Shown piece by piece: positions 44,181 to 53,928 of a stretch of DNA of 62,929 nucleotides. Position 1 is the first letter of the stretch, and each line of letters begins with the position of its first letter. The notes beneath the pieces are model-generated. The model did not search any database and was not told the origin of the DNA. It saw only the letters and a list, made by a program, of their open reading frames with translations. Location of the stretch: IMG/VR virus record IMGVR_UViG_3300034392_000002; one strand, written 5' to 3'. The position numbers were made by a program, and so were the translations under genes. Source of the DNA: a virus.

Positions 44181-44384
44181 TCATTTCCTCTTCGGAGATT
44201 CGCCAATCACTTCATCAGGCTGCCGCCGGTAAATACGCACCTCGTAATAGTCTGGCTCTTTCCTTGAGTAGCTGCTCTCGTGCAGGTCTACACTGAGACC
44301 CGCAGCGTGAGCATGTTTCAACTGCTGGTTAAGCACCTGTGTAAGTTGAACGATGTTGTCGGCAATCTCTTTATCGGTTGGCAT
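44181..44384 (-). CDS. hypothetical protein
   Basis: 67-aa ORF. Confidence 0.4.
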   Translation of the reverse strand: MPTDKEIADNIVQLTQVLNQQLKHAHAAGLSVDLHESSYSRKEPDYYEVRIYRRQPDEVIGESPKRK

Positions 44385-44847
44385 AAGCCCTCTCCAGTTT
44401 CAATAATTGAGTAATGGCCGCTTCCAGCTTGCCCAGCGTCGAATGTTGTTTGCCGTCCCACGGCTTCGTGTAATCAGGCATGTCTTCCGAATCAAGCTCG
44501 GTATGAAAGCTAATCTGCTCACAGCCCGGAATCTCGAAGTAGACGATGAAGCGCGGATAGCCGCCCTCGCTTCCCTGCTTCCCGTAGGTCCAGCCCTGCT
44601 CCTTGAAATGGCCGATGAGCTGGTAAATCAAATCCTGCTTCTTCTGGTAGTAGGTGTAGCGCCATTCGCCGCCGTACTTTTTAGCGACGCTTGAAGCGTC
44701 TTCGATTTCCAGCGCGAGGCGAAAAGCCCGGGCGACGGCGCATGAACGTGCGTGCGTGTTTAAGAGCAGCTTGACCTTGCGCGTGCCGAGGCCGCAGAAC
44801 CTCTCGCGCGCGGTGGTTAATTGTCTGACGGCTTCAGATCTGCCCAT
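44371..44847 (-). CDS. hypothetical phage protein (YFEIPGCEQISFH family-like)
   Basis: 158-aa ORF. Confidence 0.5.
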   Translation of the reverse strand: MGRSEAVRQLTTARERFCGLGTRKVKLLLNTHARSCAVARAFRLALEIEDASSVAKKYGGEWRYTYYQKKQDLIYQLIGHFKEQGWTYGKQGSEGGYPRFIVYFEIPGCEQISFHTELDSEDMPDYTKPWDGKQHSTLGKLEAAITQLLKLERAYANR

Positions 44848-44851
44848 AACG

Positions 44852-45232
44852 TTAGGTACTGCTTGGAAGCGGAGTTGTAATCAAGCCCGGCTCAACTAGC
44901 CCGCTGGTCACATCTTCCATGTCGTATAATTCGCGGTTCTGTAGCGCAAGTTGTCCAGCCGCTGTTAGCTTGAGCGGCGCAGCGTATCTACCATCGTCCC
45001 ACTCGCCCATCTCAAACCAATCAGGATGCGCGTTAATCCATTCCAGTTTTTCCATTCCATCCAACAACCCGCAACGCATTTCGTCCGTCCCTTCTTCGCG
45101 CCCGATTTTGTTCCAGACGCAAAACCACAATGTTCCATGTTCTTGTATTCGTTCCATCATGCGCCATTGGGAATTTCGAATGTTGCGTGCAATTTGGCGG
45201 TCATGCGTTGATGTCAAGCGCTTAGGCTTCAT
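44852..45232 (-). CDS. hypothetical protein
   Basis: 126-aa ORF. Confidence 0.5.
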   Translation of the reverse strand: MKPKRLTSTHDRQIARNIRNSQWRMMERIQEHGTLWFCVWNKIGREEGTDEMRCGLLDGMEKLEWINAHPDWFEMGEWDDGRYAAPLKLTAAGQLALQNRELYDMEDVTSGLVEPGLITTPLPSST

Positions 45233-45253
45233 ATCTTCCTCACGTCGTAATAG

Positions 45254-45595
45254 CTAGATGTATTCCCACTCGATGCGAGTCACAATGGTGTCAGGCGTAC
45301 AGCCCTTGTGGGTCCGGCAAAACATCTTGATGAACCACTGCGGGCTTTTATCCGGGAAACCTTCGCGGCGCACCTCGTCTTTCGTAATTGCTGACAAAGG
45401 CTCAGGCCGCACGCTCAGGACACGGACCGTTTTGTATTTCACCGGATGCTCGCCCTTCTTGAATCCCATCGTCTTATTGACGAGATTCAAAATGTCGCCG
45501 GGCTTGAGAAAGAGCCAGCCGAGCCGACGAGTGACATCTTTCAACTCGGCCAGTACTTGCTCGGACGTTAAGGCACAGCTCATGTTTCGAGGCAC
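45254..45595 (-). CDS. ASCH-like domain protein
   Basis: KDVTRR...LKPGDIL...VRVLSVRPEPLSAITKDEVRREGF. Confidence 0.4.
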   Translation of the reverse strand: MPRNMSCALTSEQVLAELKDVTRRLGWLFLKPGDILNLVNKTMGFKKGEHPVKYKTVRVLSVRPEPLSAITKDEVRREGFPDKSPQWFIKMFCRTHKGCTPDTIVTRIEWEYI

Positions 45596-46050
45596 GACTG
45601 GTTGACACTCTCCTTCCCTGCCGTCTCATCTGCGAGAGGCACATAACCTCGTTCTTTGTAGAGCGCCAGCAGGATGTCTTCCAGAGTTTCGGCCGCCCAC
45701 TCTTTCCGCTCTCCGTCTTCAGTCGTCGTGAAGATTTGCAGAGCGCCTAAGCCCAGCTCCGCGTACACGCGCTTGGACTTCGCAGACCGGGCGTAATAGC
45801 CTGACCTGGCTAATGAGTTGACCTCGCGCCGCCAGCCCTGGCAGATGACCATGAAGCCGGTTTGCACGGCCACGCGCTGCTCGGCCCGCGTCACGCTCCC
45901 CAAATCGCGGAGAGTGCCGTCGGCCCCGTGGTGGCAATAGAACGGGATTGCGCCGAGCAGACAGAGTTGCGCGCGGATAAAATTGTGCGGCTCAAGATTG
46001 GCTTCAGCGCCGGTAGTGAAAGCGCAGCTGGCGCATGCTGGTTTAGCCAT
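45580..46050 (-). CDS. Cys-rich hypothetical protein
   Basis: ATG 46050 after ggagag. Confidence 0.45.
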   Translation of the reverse strand: MAKPACASCAFTTGAEANLEPHNFIRAQLCLLGAIPFYCHHGADGTLRDLGSVTRAEQRVAVQTGFMVICQGWRREVNSLARSGYYARSAKSKRVYAELGLGALQIFTTTEDGERKEWAAETLEDILLALYKERGYVPLADETAGKESVNQSCLET

Positions 46051-47047
46051 CGTTCTGTTCTCTCCCGTATTGCCTGATGGCGTCGATTTCAGCGTTGTGT
46101 TCTTCACACATCTTTGCAAAGCAGTCCTGGCTACAGATGATGTCTCCACCTGCACCTTCACACCAGCAGTCAATAAGTCCTGCCCCCTGACATAACTCAC
46201 AATCAATCCACATCGCCGGCGCGCCGCAATCAGGGCACGTCACTGGGGGCCCACTCTCGCCGCCGACGATGACCCAATCAATAAACGCACGCTCGCCACT
46301 CCGGGCGATGAGTTTGCCATTGATCTTCATGCCGGCAGCGCACAAGTCCAGCGGCCCAAGCAGCGGCTCGGCAGAAACAAAACGCACGGCAGCGGGAAGT
46401 TGTAAAAGGAAGGGCAAGCGCTTGTCGGCCTCCGGCTGGTTCTCCGCCGACGTGCCGATCCAGACGTTGGGCAGCGGCCAGATTTGATGCGAGTCAATCA
46501 AGCCGACACGTGCCATCCATTCATCATATTCAGGACGCAAGTCCTTGTGCGGGCTGTAACAGTAATCAGCGATGATGTTGGCTTGCTCACAAGAGATGTC
46601 GTTCCAGACTCCCGGCCCGATGCCAAGCCGCGATGCCTTGGTCAGGTAAGCGAGCGCGCGGTCAGGATGTTTGGTGAGTATTTGAAAGACATGCCAGTGG
46701 CAAATCGCCATCACGCCGAAGATTTTATCGAGCCATTCATCTTTGACGTTCGGGTGGAAGAGATCGGACTCGGAGTTGACGAAGATTTTAAGCGGCCGGC
46801 GCAGGTTGAGAACCGATAATAAGACCTCTTCATCGAAGTTGATCCGGCCAGTCCAGTTCAGATTACCCTTGCTGTCTTTAGTGACCGTGCCCTCATAGCG
46901 CTTAGCGATCTTCGGATTCGGGTTGTGCATAAGCCGCCAAGCGACGCGAATCGCATAGCAGTTCATACAGCCCAAAGATTTCTTCGAGCAGCCGATCAAG
47001 CAATTCAGCGTCATGCCCGTCCACTCGATAATTGAGTTGAGAGACAT
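46043..47047 (-). CDS. phage Gp37/Gp68 (DUF5131) family protein with a Cys-rich C-terminal extension
   Basis: IIEWTGMTLNCLIGCSKKSLGCMNCYA signature. Confidence 0.7.
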   Translation of the reverse strand: MSLNSIIEWTGMTLNCLIGCSKKSLGCMNCYAIRVAWRLMHNPNPKIAKRYEGTVTKDSKGNLNWTGRINFDEEVLLSVLNLRRPLKIFVNSESDLFHPNVKDEWLDKIFGVMAICHWHVFQILTKHPDRALAYLTKASRLGIGPGVWNDISCEQANIIADYCYSPHKDLRPEYDEWMARVGLIDSHQIWPLPNVWIGTSAENQPEADKRLPFLLQLPAAVRFVSAEPLLGPLDLCAAGMKINGKLIARSGERAFIDWVIVGGESGPPVTCPDCGAPAMWIDCELCQGAGLIDCWCEGAGGDIICSQDCFAKMCEEHNAEIDAIRQYGREQNDG

Positions 47048-47431
47048 CTACTCGACCTCTTTCATCTTCTTAGTCTTGATCTTGTAGAGCTTTTCCAGCT
47101 CCACCGTTTTGCCCTGCACGATGCACTTCCGGCAGTTGTGTTTCTTCATCATCTCGATCAAGTAATCCCGTTTGTCAGGCTCAAGCTGCTGTAAAGCGAT
47201 GCGCTGGTCGAGCGTTTCGACGTAGTCTTCGGCGGCGGCCTGCACCGCCGGATGCACTTCCGGCGCTACATCAATCAACGGCTCTTGTTTCGGACGGCGA
47301 ATGTTCGGATTGACCGAACCAGCGGTGAAGCCCGGATCATCTGGCCCAGTGGAGTCTTTAGGCGCGCGAGTGGCACGAGACTTGCCCCCCCCCGAACGCT
47401 TGCGCGGTTTGTCTGTGGATGGTGATGACAT
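47048..47431 (-). CDS. hypothetical basic protein
   Basis: ATG 47431 after aaggaaggga. Confidence 0.5.
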   Translation of the reverse strand: MSSPSTDKPRKRSGGGKSRATRAPKDSTGPDDPGFTAGSVNPNIRRPKQEPLIDVAPEVHPAVQAAAEDYVETLDQRIALQQLEPDKRDYLIEMMKKHNCRKCIVQGKTVELEKLYKIKTKKMKEVE

Positions 47432-47597
47432 CGTTCCCTTCCTTTCGTTAGCGTGAATATTGTCAACTTGTGGCGAGCCGGGCGGTGTGCCGTTCAACAA
47501 CGCTAGTCCGCCGAACAAGCGTCCCCGCAAAGCCTTGCGCCCCCCGCACGGCTTTGGTTGATGTGTCCGGCTGTTGAAACCGCCCGGCCCATAAAAC

Positions 47598-48080
47598 TCA
47601 CCTCGCAGAGTGGGCCAGTGCCCTCACATCCAAATCTGCTTTTGTCAACTGCGCAATCCATCTCCAGTTTGGAGATTCGTTGCGACTCTGCCAGCGCTCG
47701 AGATAAGCGCGGATGACTTTCTCCGGCAGCTCGCTCAGCCACTCGGCGACCGCAAACGGGTGCAGGTCAGAGATGTCAATGTTCAGGCGAGGGCCGGCGT
47801 CTACATGCCTGGCGACGTGCGCCATGAAGCCCCAGAACTCTTCAGCGCCACCCGCGTACCAGGTCTTATCCTTTTCCTTGCGGTAGACCCATACCTCGCG
47901 CTGGTGCTCGCCCCACTCATCCGACCATTCGAGAGAAACGGTCTCGCCGCCGCGGCCGAAGGCTTTGGCGTAGACGAAGACAGCCTCACCTGTAGTGTGC
48001 CCGCACGGCAGATTCGTCTTGCAGGCGTGCCTGACATATTTCACGCGGCACTCGTCGCACCAGTAACCGATGGTTTGCAT
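47598..48080 (-). CDS. hypothetical protein
   Basis: 160-aa ORF. Confidence 0.5.
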   Translation of the reverse strand: MQTIGYWCDECRVKYVRHACKTNLPCGHTTGEAVFVYAKAFGRGGETVSLEWSDEWGEHQREVWVYRKEKDKTWYAGGAEEFWGFMAHVARHVDAGPRLNIDISDLHPFAVAEWLSELPEKVIRAYLERWQSRNESPNWRWIAQLTKADLDVRALAHSAR

Positions 48081-48116
48081 ATAACGCCCTCTTCCGCATC
48101 ACAGGATGAATGCTTA

Positions 48117-49268
48117 CTACTCTTTTCTTCTCCGGCGTCGGCCTCTGCGCTTCGCTTTGCGCGGTCGCAGTTTGCGCCGGCGCTTAAAGGGCAACACCAC
48201 GAGGCGCATCGCGCGGCGCTGGCCCTTCTCTTTTCGGTGGTCGTAAATCTGTGTGGTCTCGACGCGCGCGTGGCCGAGGAGCTGCTGCACGTCCGTAATC
48301 TCTGCGCCCTGGTCCAACAGGTGTGTAGCGAAGGTGTGGCGCAGGCCGTGCGGCGTGCAGGTGCTCTCGAGGCGCGCCTCGCAGGAACGCCGGAGCACGA
48401 TCTTGTAGGGAGCATCCTGACTTAACGGTTTGAGCGAGACTTCTCCCTGCCGCGTGATAGAGCAAAGGAAGGGACCGGGCTTTCCGCCTCGCAGCACAAT
48501 CCAATCGGTAAGTGCGCGCAAGGTTCCTTTGTCTTCGAGGAAGATGCGCCGCTCCTTATTGCCCTTACCAATGACCGTCAGTGTGCGCTCGCGGTGATTG
48601 AAGTTTGAGAGTTGTAATTCGATAGCCTCGGACTTTCGCAGGCCTGCGCCGGCGAGTAATGCAAGGAGCGCCGCGTCCCGCGCGGCGACCAGACTTCGGC
48701 CACGCCCTTGCGCGCACGCTGTAAAGAGAGCCGCCAACTCTTCGAGAGAAAGAGCGCGGGCGCGTTGGAGCCGCACGCCTTCGGCTGGCTTGACTTCGAG
48801 AATGCGGTCGAGTTGTTCCTGACTGATGAGTTTGCTTCTTCTGGCCTGCCGCATCACGCCCCTGATGGCCGAGAGCGTGGCGTTGACGGTCGCGGGTGCA
48901 AGCCCGTCGAAGAGCATCCGGGAGCGCAGGCGCTCGACCTCGACAAAGGTGATTTGCTTCCAGTTGATTTCTCCGACCGTGGTGCGCAAGTACCTGGCGA
49001 CGCGCCGGAGGTTTCTGAACATGGACTCGCGCGAACACTGGCTTGAGAGCGTGATGATGTAGTGGACGGCCGGGCTGATTTCCGCGACGGCGCTCTCTGT
49101 GAGAGCGCGTCGTTCCTCCTGCTCGATGAAGGCCGCGAGCGAGAGCCGGAGCGAGCGCTGGCGTAGCGTGGCAGCCTCCGGGCCGCCCTCGATCACGCGC
49201 AGGGGCCGAGGCTGTGCGGCCGCGCTCTCGCTCTCTGTGGAGTGATTCGTGATAATAGGCGTTTTCAC
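48117..49268 (-). CDS. int: tyrosine recombinase (integrase/XerC-D-like) with an Arg/Lys-rich tail
   Basis: HGLRHTFATHLLDQGAEITDVQQLLGHARVETTQIYDH. Confidence 0.85.
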   Translation of the reverse strand: MKTPIITNHSTESESAAAQPRPLRVIEGGPEAATLRQRSLRLSLAAFIEQEERRALTESAVAEISPAVHYIITLSSQCSRESMFRNLRRVARYLRTTVGEINWKQITFVEVERLRSRMLFDGLAPATVNATLSAIRGVMRQARRSKLISQEQLDRILEVKPAEGVRLQRARALSLEELAALFTACAQGRGRSLVAARDAALLALLAGAGLRKSEAIELQLSNFNHRERTLTVIGKGNKERRIFLEDKGTLRALTDWIVLRGGKPGPFLCSITRQGEVSLKPLSQDAPYKIVLRRSCEARLESTCTPHGLRHTFATHLLDQGAEITDVQQLLGHARVETTQIYDHRKEKGQRRAMRLVVLPFKRRRKLRPRKAKRRGRRRRRKE

Positions 49269-49355
49269 TACCTACTCGCTTCCCTCAAAAGAAAACTAAA
49301 GATTGCTGGCTCTTTAACTTGCATCGCTTTTCCAGCGTCATAAAGTTGCGCGTTT

Positions 49356-49949
49356 TCAAGCGTGCGCCTCAACTATCGCAATAGCCGTATCCCAACTACA
49401 CCCTCGCTCACTGACTACCCGCTTAGCGACTTCGATAACTGCTTCATTTTGGATAAGCCTTTCGAGCGGATTCACCGCAGAATTGTCAGCAATACAGTCA
49501 ATCAAAGTGCCCTTGCTGCCATAAGGTGCGTCCAGAGAGACCAAGCCGGTAAAGATGGCGTCTGGATGCCGGGCCAGCCACTTGAGCCTCGCTCGTTGGC
49601 ATGAGGTTCTACCTTTCTCAGTCTGAACCCACCGCCTTCTGTATTGCCGCACTTTTTCAAGATTTCTCTCTCGATAGTGTCTGTAGCTGGCTCGGTTAGA
49701 GGCTTTACCTCTCTCCGTTTGCAGCCAACATCTTTTGTTTTCGCGCGCCCGTTCAAGATTCCTCTTGTTCCATGCTCTGGTGTTCGCTGCATAACAGGAC
49801 TTGCACCAAGAGCGCGGCTTGCCGTGATTGCTCACGCTAAAAGACGTTAGTGGTTTTACCTCACCACATTTTGTGCAACGCTTATGACTCACTTTTTCAG
49901 GTGCGCGAAAGTGATTCGTTTTCCGCTGCTGGCGCATTAACTTCATCAA
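49356..49949 (-). CDS. zinc-ribbon protein with repeated W-x3-N/E-x-E-K/R motifs
   Basis: CTKCGEVK...CKSCY; RAWNKRNLERAREN / RRWVQTEKGR repeats. Confidence 0.5.
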   Translation of the reverse strand: MMKLMRQQRKTNHFRAPEKVSHKRCTKCGEVKPLTSFSVSNHGKPRSWCKSCYAANTRAWNKRNLERARENKRCWLQTERGKASNRASYRHYRERNLEKVRQYRRRWVQTEKGRTSCQRARLKWLARHPDAIFTGLVSLDAPYGSKGTLIDCIADNSAVNPLERLIQNEAVIEVAKRVVSERGCSWDTAIAIVEAHA

Positions 49950-50355
49950 GTATTTCTTCAGGCCGGTGTGCAGCCTTATCCTTGCCCGGTATCCAGCCTT
50001 CTTCTGTCAACACCATGTGCTCGCCTGTGAGCGCAAAGTATTCTTGAAACCACTTCTCATCCGGCGCTGGCATTTCCGTTGCGATGGCGCGCTCCAACAG
50101 CCTCATGGCTGTGCCGAATCGGTTACAACCTTGATGCAGAACCTCCAAGCCAGCCGTGCGCACAACGATTTGCCCGTCGCGCTTTAACTCTATCCAGCCC
50201 TGCTCGGTCATTTCCTTCAGTTCGCTGTGGTAGAGTTTGATGGAGCCGTTCAGATGCGCTGTGGCCGTGTCGCCATAGCTGTCACACTCGACATAGATTC
50301 GCGTCGTGTCATGGGCGATAAGGATTTGGAGTAATGCGAATTGAGTCCAGTTCAT
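49897..50355 (-). CDS. hypothetical protein
   Basis: 152-aa ORF. Confidence 0.5.
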   Translation of the reverse strand: MNWTQFALLQILIAHDTTRIYVECDSYGDTATAHLNGSIKLYHSELKEMTEQGWIELKRDGQIVVRTAGLEVLHQGCNRFGTAMRLLERAIATEMPAPDEKWFQEYFALTGEHMVLTEEGWIPGKDKAAHRPEEILDEVNAPAAENESLSRT

Positions 50356-50546
50356 TTTGTGTTTTCCTTAATGCTCCACTCGTAATAGAGCGCTTCGAGC
50401 ACGCCCAGCGGGAGTGATTTAATCTCCCCGCGTGAGTAGCCCTGAGCAGCGATGTAGTTTGTAAATGCTTCCTCTTCCTCGATGTCGAGGCTGTTGTCAT
50501 TCACAACAGCTTCCCAACTGGACTCGCCGGTGAATATAGTTGTCAT
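50352..50546 (-). CDS. hypothetical protein
   Basis: 64-aa ORF, coupled to neighbouring genes. Confidence 0.4.
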   Translation of the reverse strand: MTTIFTGESSWEAVVNDNSLDIEEEEAFTNYIAAQGYSRGEIKSLPLGVLEALYYEWSIKENTK

Positions 50547-50562
50547 CTCTTACCTTCCTCTC

Positions 50563-50751
50563 TCAACGGATGTCGTAATCCATCTCCGCCTTGACCCGGT
50601 ACGGACAATCAGGAGCGTGCTCGTCCAGCCGCGCGCCGCTCCTGCCGGGCTGCGGGCCTGCGCAGTCGCAATGTCGTTGCCAGAGCAGAGATAAACGCGC
50701 GGCCATCTGCTCTGATTCCTGCTGGCTCACTGTTGACGGCGTGTCATTCAT
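50563..50751 (-). CDS. hypothetical protein
   Basis: 62-aa ORF. Confidence 0.4.
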   Translation of the reverse strand: MNDTPSTVSQQESEQMAARLSLLWQRHCDCAGPQPGRSGARLDEHAPDCPYRVKAEMDYDIR

Positions 50752-51008
50752 CTCTTTTCCCTTACTCTAATCCGCACGTCGCCCGTCATTCCTTTCGGCT
50801 TGTCTTCAATACCGCCGGAAAGAAATTCGATAAACGACGCGTCGGCTGTATCGCCTATAACCACGTCGCAAAACGCCCAGCAATCCCGGTATTGAGGTTC
50901 GTCGGCCTCACGCATCATCTTCAAATACTCACGCGCCAGAGCCTCTAAGGCGAGCACAAAGCCGGTCGTGGCTTCAAACTGTCTGTCTTGGTCATAGGTA
51001 AGTTTCAT
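50748..51008 (-). CDS. hypothetical protein
   Basis: 86-aa ORF. Confidence 0.45.
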   Translation of the reverse strand: MKLTYDQDRQFEATTGFVLALEALAREYLKMMREADEPQYRDCWAFCDVVIGDTADASFIEFLSGGIEDKPKGMTGDVRIRVREKR

Positions 51009-51034
51009 CAGAACCTCGTTGGAGACTGCGTGCT

Positions 51035-51370
51035 TTAAGCCGCAGAGGAAAACGCAGCCTTGTCAGGCGCGCTTTCAAGCGCCGTCTCAGGCTCGGCAAA
51101 TTGAGTAAGATAGATTGAATAAGCCTGCTCGGTTGTCTGCGCCGCAGTGGGGAAGCAAACGTCAGGTAATAACTGATGCGTATAGAAGAACTCTCCGGGA
51201 GCGTGGCGCTGGCGATGCCCTAAACGGTGCGATGCTGCGCGGTCTGCTCTAGACAAATGGTCATAAGCCTGATAGTGCCTCACTGCCGGAAACAGTTTGC
51301 GAAACTGTTTGTAGCTCAGCGGGCCACCGTATAATGCTTTCAAATCTACGTCGTCCATAGCACCTCTCAA
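51035..51370 (-). CDS. hypothetical protein
   Basis: 111-aa ORF. Confidence 0.45.
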   Translation of the reverse strand: MRGAMDDVDLKALYGGPLSYKQFRKLFPAVRHYQAYDHLSRADRAASHRLGHRQRHAPGEFFYTHQLLPDVCFPTAAQTTEQAYSIYLTQFAEPETALESAPDKAAFSSAA

Positions 51371-51555
51371 GATTCGGTTAATTCTGTAGAAGCCCCGCTG
51401 CTTTTTGAGAAGGCGGGGAGCGGTTCACGTGAAAGTTCCCCTCACGTTCGTGCCCCGGTCTTTCTCTTCAGCCCTTACGAACAGCAACACGACGATGCAG
51501 ACGAAAACTGTGTAAGCGACCCAACCGAGCAGAGATAAACTTGATTTCAAACGCT

Positions 51556-51744
51556 TCATTTTTCTTTTGTTGCTGTTCTGGCCATTTGATTCAGCCGACG
51601 CTGCCGCACGTAATAAGTTTCAGGGTCGCGCTCCGCCTGCCTGCGTTGCTGCTGCATAAAAGGAGTTTGCGAAGGATCTTTCTGTTTGGCTTTAGCAACT
51701 GCACCTCTATCCAGTTGCCTGCGTAGTGAACTCAGTGAACTCAT
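51556..51744 (-). CDS. small basic hypothetical protein
   Basis: 62-aa ORF. Confidence 0.35.
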   Translation of the reverse strand: MSSLSSLRRQLDRGAVAKAKQKDPSQTPFMQQQRRQAERDPETYYVRQRRLNQMARTATKEK

Positions 51745-51757
51745 GTGTTAATTCCTT

Positions 51758-52051
51758 TCATTTCGACTTCTCTCTCTTCTCGCGAGCTTTGCTCACGGCC
51801 TGCACCGCCTCCACCAGCTTGACCTGAAGCTCCATCACCTGCGGCTCATTGACGATTCGCTCGAACACGTCCTCGCGGCATTGCAACTCGTCGCTGCCAG
51901 TCAGGTTGTATTCATGGCCAGCCGCAAGGTAGAGGCATTGATGCTCCGGGATGAGCGGGTTGATGACGATAGGTACGCCTTTCACCTGCACGTCGGTCAG
52001 CAGACGCTCGGCCAGCTTCGCTGCCCTCCATGCTGCACAGAAAGCGCTCAT
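51758..52051 (-). CDS. hypothetical protein
   Basis: ATGA overlap with the upstream gene at 52048..52051. Confidence 0.45.
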   Translation of the reverse strand: MSAFCAAWRAAKLAERLLTDVQVKGVPIVINPLIPEHQCLYLAAGHEYNLTGSDELQCREDVFERIVNEPQVMELQVKLVEAVQAVSKAREKREKSK

Positions 52052-52371
52052 GCGGCTTTCCTCACTCCGAACTGACGGCATACTGAAATGAAGTAGGAAT
52101 CCTTCATCCGATACAGCGTGTCTAAGGCTTCGTTGAACGACAGGCCTCGGTCGTGCGCGTAGCAGCCAACGACTGTGATGACCGTCTGCTCTGTGACAAT
52201 CGGCATCCACGCTTTGAGCATCGCGACGAACTTGGCGCAATCACGAGCGACAACGTCCATGCGCGCCTCATAAGCCTGATGCCAGTGGTCGCGTTTCTCT
52301 TTACTGCCGTGAATGGCCCGCGAGCGCACCATCTCGCCGGTCTGCTCATTTCTGACGATTGCCGACATCAA
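52048..52371 (-). CDS. hypothetical protein
   Basis: 107-aa ORF. Confidence 0.45.
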   Translation of the reverse strand: MMSAIVRNEQTGEMVRSRAIHGSKEKRDHWHQAYEARMDVVARDCAKFVAMLKAWMPIVTEQTVITVVGCYAHDRGLSFNEALDTLYRMKDSYFISVCRQFGVRKAA

Positions 52372-52784
52372 TCCGACTCCTTCTCGGCCTGCCTTACTTT
52401 CAAAGCCCGCTCGATGAGCTGTAACGCTTCACCAGACCTGACCATGTCTGCCGTAATCAAAATCAACATCCAGCCTCTAATCGCCGCTTCGGAGAATTTC
52501 AAACAATCGCGGCTGAAGCCGCGCACGGTCGTATGCCCTGACTTCCCTTCGTCATAGACGCCGCCCTGATATTCCACGGCGACCGACTCGCCAACCCATG
52601 CGAAGTCCAGCCGCCATTGCCGTTGCGGTCTGGCGAAACGAAACTCCGTGCGCGGGGCTGGCAGGCCCGCGAGTTGAAGCTGTTGGATAAAATCTGCTTT
52701 GTAATCATGCTTCGCCTTTCGAGACCGCGCGGGCTGTTGGTTGAGCGCCCGGAATTCAGCGCTTGACATCCTTTCCTGTGGCAT
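52368..52784 (-). CDS. Vsr/DUF559-like PD-(D/E)XK endonuclease
   Basis: TEFRFARPQRQWRLDFAWVGESVAVEYQGG ... GWMLILIT. Confidence 0.5.
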   Translation of the reverse strand: MPQERMSSAEFRALNQQPARSRKAKHDYKADFIQQLQLAGLPAPRTEFRFARPQRQWRLDFAWVGESVAVEYQGGVYDEGKSGHTTVRGFSRDCLKFSEAAIRGWMLILITADMVRSGEALQLIERALKVRQAEKESD

Positions 52785-52787
52785 CGC

Positions 52788-53096
52788 TCAGGCATTTCCT
52801 CGGGACAATCCGAAGACACGCTCGACCGCCTCCTCTAACTCGCCTTTGTGCGTCGTGCAGACGCCGGGCCGCAGCCACGCGCAACCGCGCAAGCACGCAC
52901 GATTCATCGTGCAGCCGCAGATGAAACAAATCAGGACGAAGCAGTGAGGGCAGCGATAGTGAGAGATGACAATCTCTTCGGCGGTAGACAATGCACAGCA
53001 GTCGGCGCATTGCACCTTCCCGAAGACTAGGGAGCGCTCGTCCACCACAAACGTCTGTTGTGTTTTATCTATCTGCATTGGCTTTAACTGTTGCAC
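52788..53096 (-). CDS. Cys-rich small protein
   Basis: CADCC...CPHC...CFICGC...C..C. Confidence 0.4.
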   Translation of the reverse strand: MQQLKPMQIDKTQQTFVVDERSLVFGKVQCADCCALSTAEEIVISHYRCPHCFVLICFICGCTMNRACLRGCAWLRPGVCTTHKGELEEAVERVFGLSRGNA

Positions 53097-53910
53097 TGAG
53101 CAATGCTTCGTTCAGTAGATTGCGTACACTTGAGAAATGCGGACTCGGCTCGCCCCAGCACTGTTGATAAGCGAACTCTACGTGCGCTGCTTCGAGTGCT
53201 ATGACTATCTCTCGCGGCACAGCGGGTGCAGGGGGGGGGCTGGAATTTTGTTGAAGAGTGGCAGCGGCCTGCTGGCCTTTGTTGTCTTCGGCGACACCCC
53301 TGTGCGCTACCCGCTTTTTGCCAGCGCCCTTTTTGCTGGCTGCTTTCTTCGACGTAGATAGCGCGCGGGCTCTCTTCTTCACTGCGGCTGTCTTCTTTGT
53401 TGAGCGACGCGTGGCCTTAGCTGGCGACGGTGCAGGGATATGGTCATCTGCCGGAGCTGGCGGCGATGGAACATCAACTACTTCAGGCAGAGGCTTAAGG
53501 GCCTCCTTGAACTCGGGGCGCAGGTCAAGATGCTCAACGCCCATGGGATCCTCGTTCGCGTTGAGGATGCGCGTCTCGTTGACCAGGTCATATAGCTCGC
53601 GCTCCAACTGCACGCTAGTGAGGCCGGTTTCTTTCAGCAGTCTGCCGCGCGTATCAACGCCGCGCATGACGGCTTCGATGACAAGCGCTGTGGGAGATTT
53701 CTCTTGACCGTCGTTCGCGTTAATGATGCGGTTCAATCGCAGCCGCGTCTTGCCACGCTGAAAGGCTGCCTGAACGTCATTGTCCAACTTGATGCGATTG
53801 CTCAGAGTGACTTCGCTGATGCCTAATTCGTCCGCTGCCGCGCTCTTACTCTTGCCGTCGGCTATCAGGTTGGCTAGGAGGTTGAGATCGATTATGGCTT
53901 TTGTAGTCAC
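53065..53910 (-). CDS. HTH protein with a Lys/Ala-rich tract, in the lambda-P position
   Basis: KSKSAAADELGISEVTLSNRIK HTH; AKATRRSTKKTAAVKKRARALSTSKKAASKKGAGKK. Confidence 0.5.
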   Translation of the reverse strand: MTTKAIIDLNLLANLIADGKSKSAAADELGISEVTLSNRIKLDNDVQAAFQRGKTRLRLNRIINANDGQEKSPTALVIEAVMRGVDTRGRLLKETGLTSVQLERELYDLVNETRILNANEDPMGVEHLDLRPEFKEALKPLPEVVDVPSPPAPADDHIPAPSPAKATRRSTKKTAAVKKRARALSTSKKAASKKGAGKKRVAHRGVAEDNKGQQAAATLQQNSSPPPAPAVPREIVIALEAAHVEFAYQQCWGEPSPHFSSVRNLLNEALLSATVKANADR

Positions 53911-53928
53911 GGTTAGTTCCTTTCGTTA

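Noticed and set aside
47610-48425. 271-aa plus-strand ORF across the integrase region
   Set aside because: It is antisense to the tyrosine-recombinase gene, whose catalytic motifs are unambiguous. It is an Arg/Ala-rich shadow ORF.
49269-49355. attP core next to the integrase
   Set aside because: No inverted or direct repeat pair and no tRNA-like segment were recognisable by eye. This cannot be called without a host sequence.
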